Part shown: positions 37,333-39,173 of the stretch, one piece after another
Layout: each line of letters starts with the position of its first letter
How positions within the stretch are numbered: position 1 is the first letter of the stretch
Assembly: GCA_038534095.1 (NCBI GenBank)
Contig: JBCAXK010000010.1
Span: 1-39,173 of the forward strand
Origin: Chlamydiota bacterium
GTDB lineage: Bacteria > Chlamydiota > Chlamydiia > Chlamydiales > SM23-39
Reading direction: 5' to 3'
Length of the DNA stretch: 39,173 bases
Program-made: the position numbers and the translations under genes
Notes under the pieces: generated by a model
What the model saw: only the letters and a program-made list of their open reading frames with translations
Told to the model about the DNA's origin: nothing
Database searches by the model: none

Positions 37333-38610
37333 TTATCCCACTAAGTGCAACCACTCCCTAGCGTGGACATTTCGACTCTGAAAAACTAGCACAATGATAG
37401 CCAGACTTAACAAAAAAAAGATTTCGTCAATAGTGCCTGCTGGTCTTCTATGCATATAAAGATCACTAAAGATTTTTTTCATCCAGTAAAAAGTAAAAGA
37501 GAAATCTCGATAAAGCTCTGCAGCCAAAAAATCCATAGACTCTTTAGAAATCAAAGCTTCAGACAAACTGTCGTATTTTATGGATAAGTCCCTATAGAAA
37601 TTGGCAATTTTCCCAAGCGGCATAGTCTTTTTGTAATCAACAACTTCGTTTAATGGTATTTGCTCGGATTGCTTAAAAATTTCATCAATCTGTATTAACG
37701 TTGCTAGATTACTCAATATTTTTCGAATAGGCTCTTTTGCAAACCAAAGTTCGCGTTCGATCCTGCTTATAGACTTCTCGATAACGTATTGCGTATACAT
37801 ACTGCTTCTATAAGGTTTTATTTCCTCGATTCGCATCAATTCTTTATAAGCAACAAGTTTAGGCGGTAGATAATGCGCTGAATCACTCATAGAAGGCTGA
37901 TTCTTCACATACAAGTCTATATTCCATGTATTCCAGCGGTTTTCACCGTCACACACGTCAAGATGGCTTTCTGAAAGACGGTCGGAATTTCCCCATCTAA
38001 CAGCATTTTCTTCCGTTAAACCACTACTCCGATATTTGTCGATAAACGTAGAAAATATTTTGCTGGCAATGCTGTCTGCTTCTTCTTTATGCTTGAGTGG
38101 AATCAAGCGCAAGTTTTCATCTTTTGATAAATCCAGAGCAAATTGCCGTGCGATAACATTTCCTTGCGCAAAATTTAACACCTTGTCACGCTCCACGCTC
38201 TTAGATCCAATCAATGGACTGCAAATGGAATGCTTACCAGGATTGCAAAGATAATTCAATGTAGATTGCAAACTCGTATTATTACAGGAAAAGCTTCCTG
38301 TAGAGCAATTGAAGAAACGACCTTGCGTATAAGAAATGGCTTGCGCGTAGGAAATGCCCACACCCACTTGCGCTGCTTTTAAGACAGTATTTGATAAAGC
38401 GGTTATAGCTGACTTAGCTAGGTCCGTTACTTGATCGGTTTCAGACAAACTAGAAGATTCTTCCCCCCCCCCTTGCGCTTGGACCACTTGATGAATACAA
38501 GCCAAAGCGACCACAGGAACAGTAAATTTGGCAAATGTTTTTACTTGATGAAAAGTCGGTAGGTAAGCGAAATAAGCATTGTTTCTATTTTGCTGATTAA
38601 CTACATCCAT
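37333..38610 (-). CDS. Hypothetical 425 aa protein with signal-like N-terminal segment and C-terminal hydrophobic helix
   Basis: Long ORF; FTVPVVALACIHQVVQA; Cys cluster; IFFLLSLAIIVLVF; a paralog lies immediately upstream. Confidence 0.8.
   Translation of the reverse strand: MDVVNQQNRNNAYFAYLPTFHQVKTFAKFTVPVVALACIHQVVQAQGGGEESSSLSETDQVTDLAKSAITALSNTVLKAAQVGVGISYAQAISYTQGRFFNCSTGSFSCNNTSLQSTLNYLCNPGKHSICSPLIGSKSVERDKVLNFAQGNVIARQFALDLSKDENLRLIPLKHKEEADSIASKIFSTFIDKYRSSGLTEENAVRWGNSDRLSESHLDVCDGENRWNTWNIDLYVKNQPSMSDSAHYLPPKLVAYKELMRIEEIKPYRSSMYTQYVIEKSISRIERELWFAKEPIRKILSNLATLIQIDEIFKQSEQIPLNEVVDYKKTMPLGKIANFYRDLSIKYDSLSEALISKESMDFLAAELYRDFSFTFYWMKKIFSDLYMHRRPAGTIDEIFFLLSLAIIVLVFQSRNVHAREWLHLVG
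38463..38472 (-). repeat. G10 homopolymer in the coding strand
   Basis: Ten consecutive C on the + strand; reads CAA GGG GGG GGG GAA in frame. Confidence 0.9.
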
Positions 38611-38636
38611 AAAAGCCCCCCCTTTTTTTGAAAGTA

Positions 38637-38665
38637 ATTATAAAAATAAAACAATTTATTGTAAA
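38637..38665 (-). promoter_or_regulatory. Putative promoter TTTACA-N17-TATAAT
   Basis: Near-consensus hexamers 26 nt upstream of ATG 38610. Confidence 0.6.
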
Positions 38666-38816
38666 TAAAAAAATATTTATTCAAACAACAATAAATAATT
38701 CGACTGTTATATATTTTTCTATAAATTAAAGAAAACTCTCGGATTCACTCCAAGATCGGGAGTAAGATTTTTGTGCTTAAGTAGGATTTTTTGCATCAAC
38801 TAGATCGCTAAATGCA

Positions 38817-39173
38817 TTATCCCGCTAAGTGAACCCAAGCCCTAGCGTAGAAATTCCACCCTAAGGCTAGCTATTAAAGCTATAGCGAATAGCTAGAGTA
38901 CAATCAAAGATGTCATCAACTTTTGCCAGTTGATGACAAGTAGACAGGCAATTAGAATGCCGAGAATGTTTGCCTAATTGCGCACTCTTAGCAGCCTATT
39001 GAAGATCGTCTGTAGCCGGTGAGCAGTAGAAGAGCTCGCGTTATTGGGGTTTGCAGCGAACACGTCCATAGCCTCTTGATCTGAGTCCATAGCTAAAAAT
39101 TCCATAGATTCTTGCGAGATAAAGGCTTCAGACAAGCTGTCATATTTTATGGATAAGTCTCTGTAGAAATTTG
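38817..39173 (-). pseudogene. 3' part of a tandem paralog of 37333-38610 (continues beyond the window); C-terminus disrupted
   Basis: Reads NFYRDLSIKYDSLSEAFISQESMEFLA versus NFYRDLSIKYDSLSEALISKESMDFLA, then hits TAG at 38974-38976. The homologous end NFYARAWVHLAG* (versus NVHAREWLHLVG*) is in another frame, ending at 38817. Confidence 0.75.

Overview
39 kb window from a chlamydia-like bacterium, most likely an environmental member of Chlamydiota. The assignment rests on a CT398/CdsZ-type gene followed by a chlamydial-type rnpB, a glyA-clpP-dapF block, a SWIM-SNF2 helicase and a dnaJ-rpsU-tsaB-lon-rnz-xerC-ABC-F neighbourhood. Lineage-specific, effector-like genes interrupt this housekeeping backbone: (i) a tandem pair of helical proteins at 0.6-4.1 kb, each built from an unrecognised internally duplicated domain and carrying different lesions; (ii) two orphans at 7.6-8.9 kb; (iii) a membrane-anchored alpha/beta hydrolase plus two coiled-coil paralogs at 21.9-24.9 kb; (iv) a second tandem family at 37.3-39.2 kb with an in-frame G10 tract. 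Other notable items are an SH3/NlpC-P60/M15 double-peptidase fusion head-to-head with a DUF218-like gene, ald appended to glyA-clpP-dapF, and a possible IS5-type end truncating a PhyH-like gene at the left edge. I saw no CRISPR array, rRNA, tRNA, reverse transcriptase or complete transposase. All family calls come from motifs read by eye; no database search was run.
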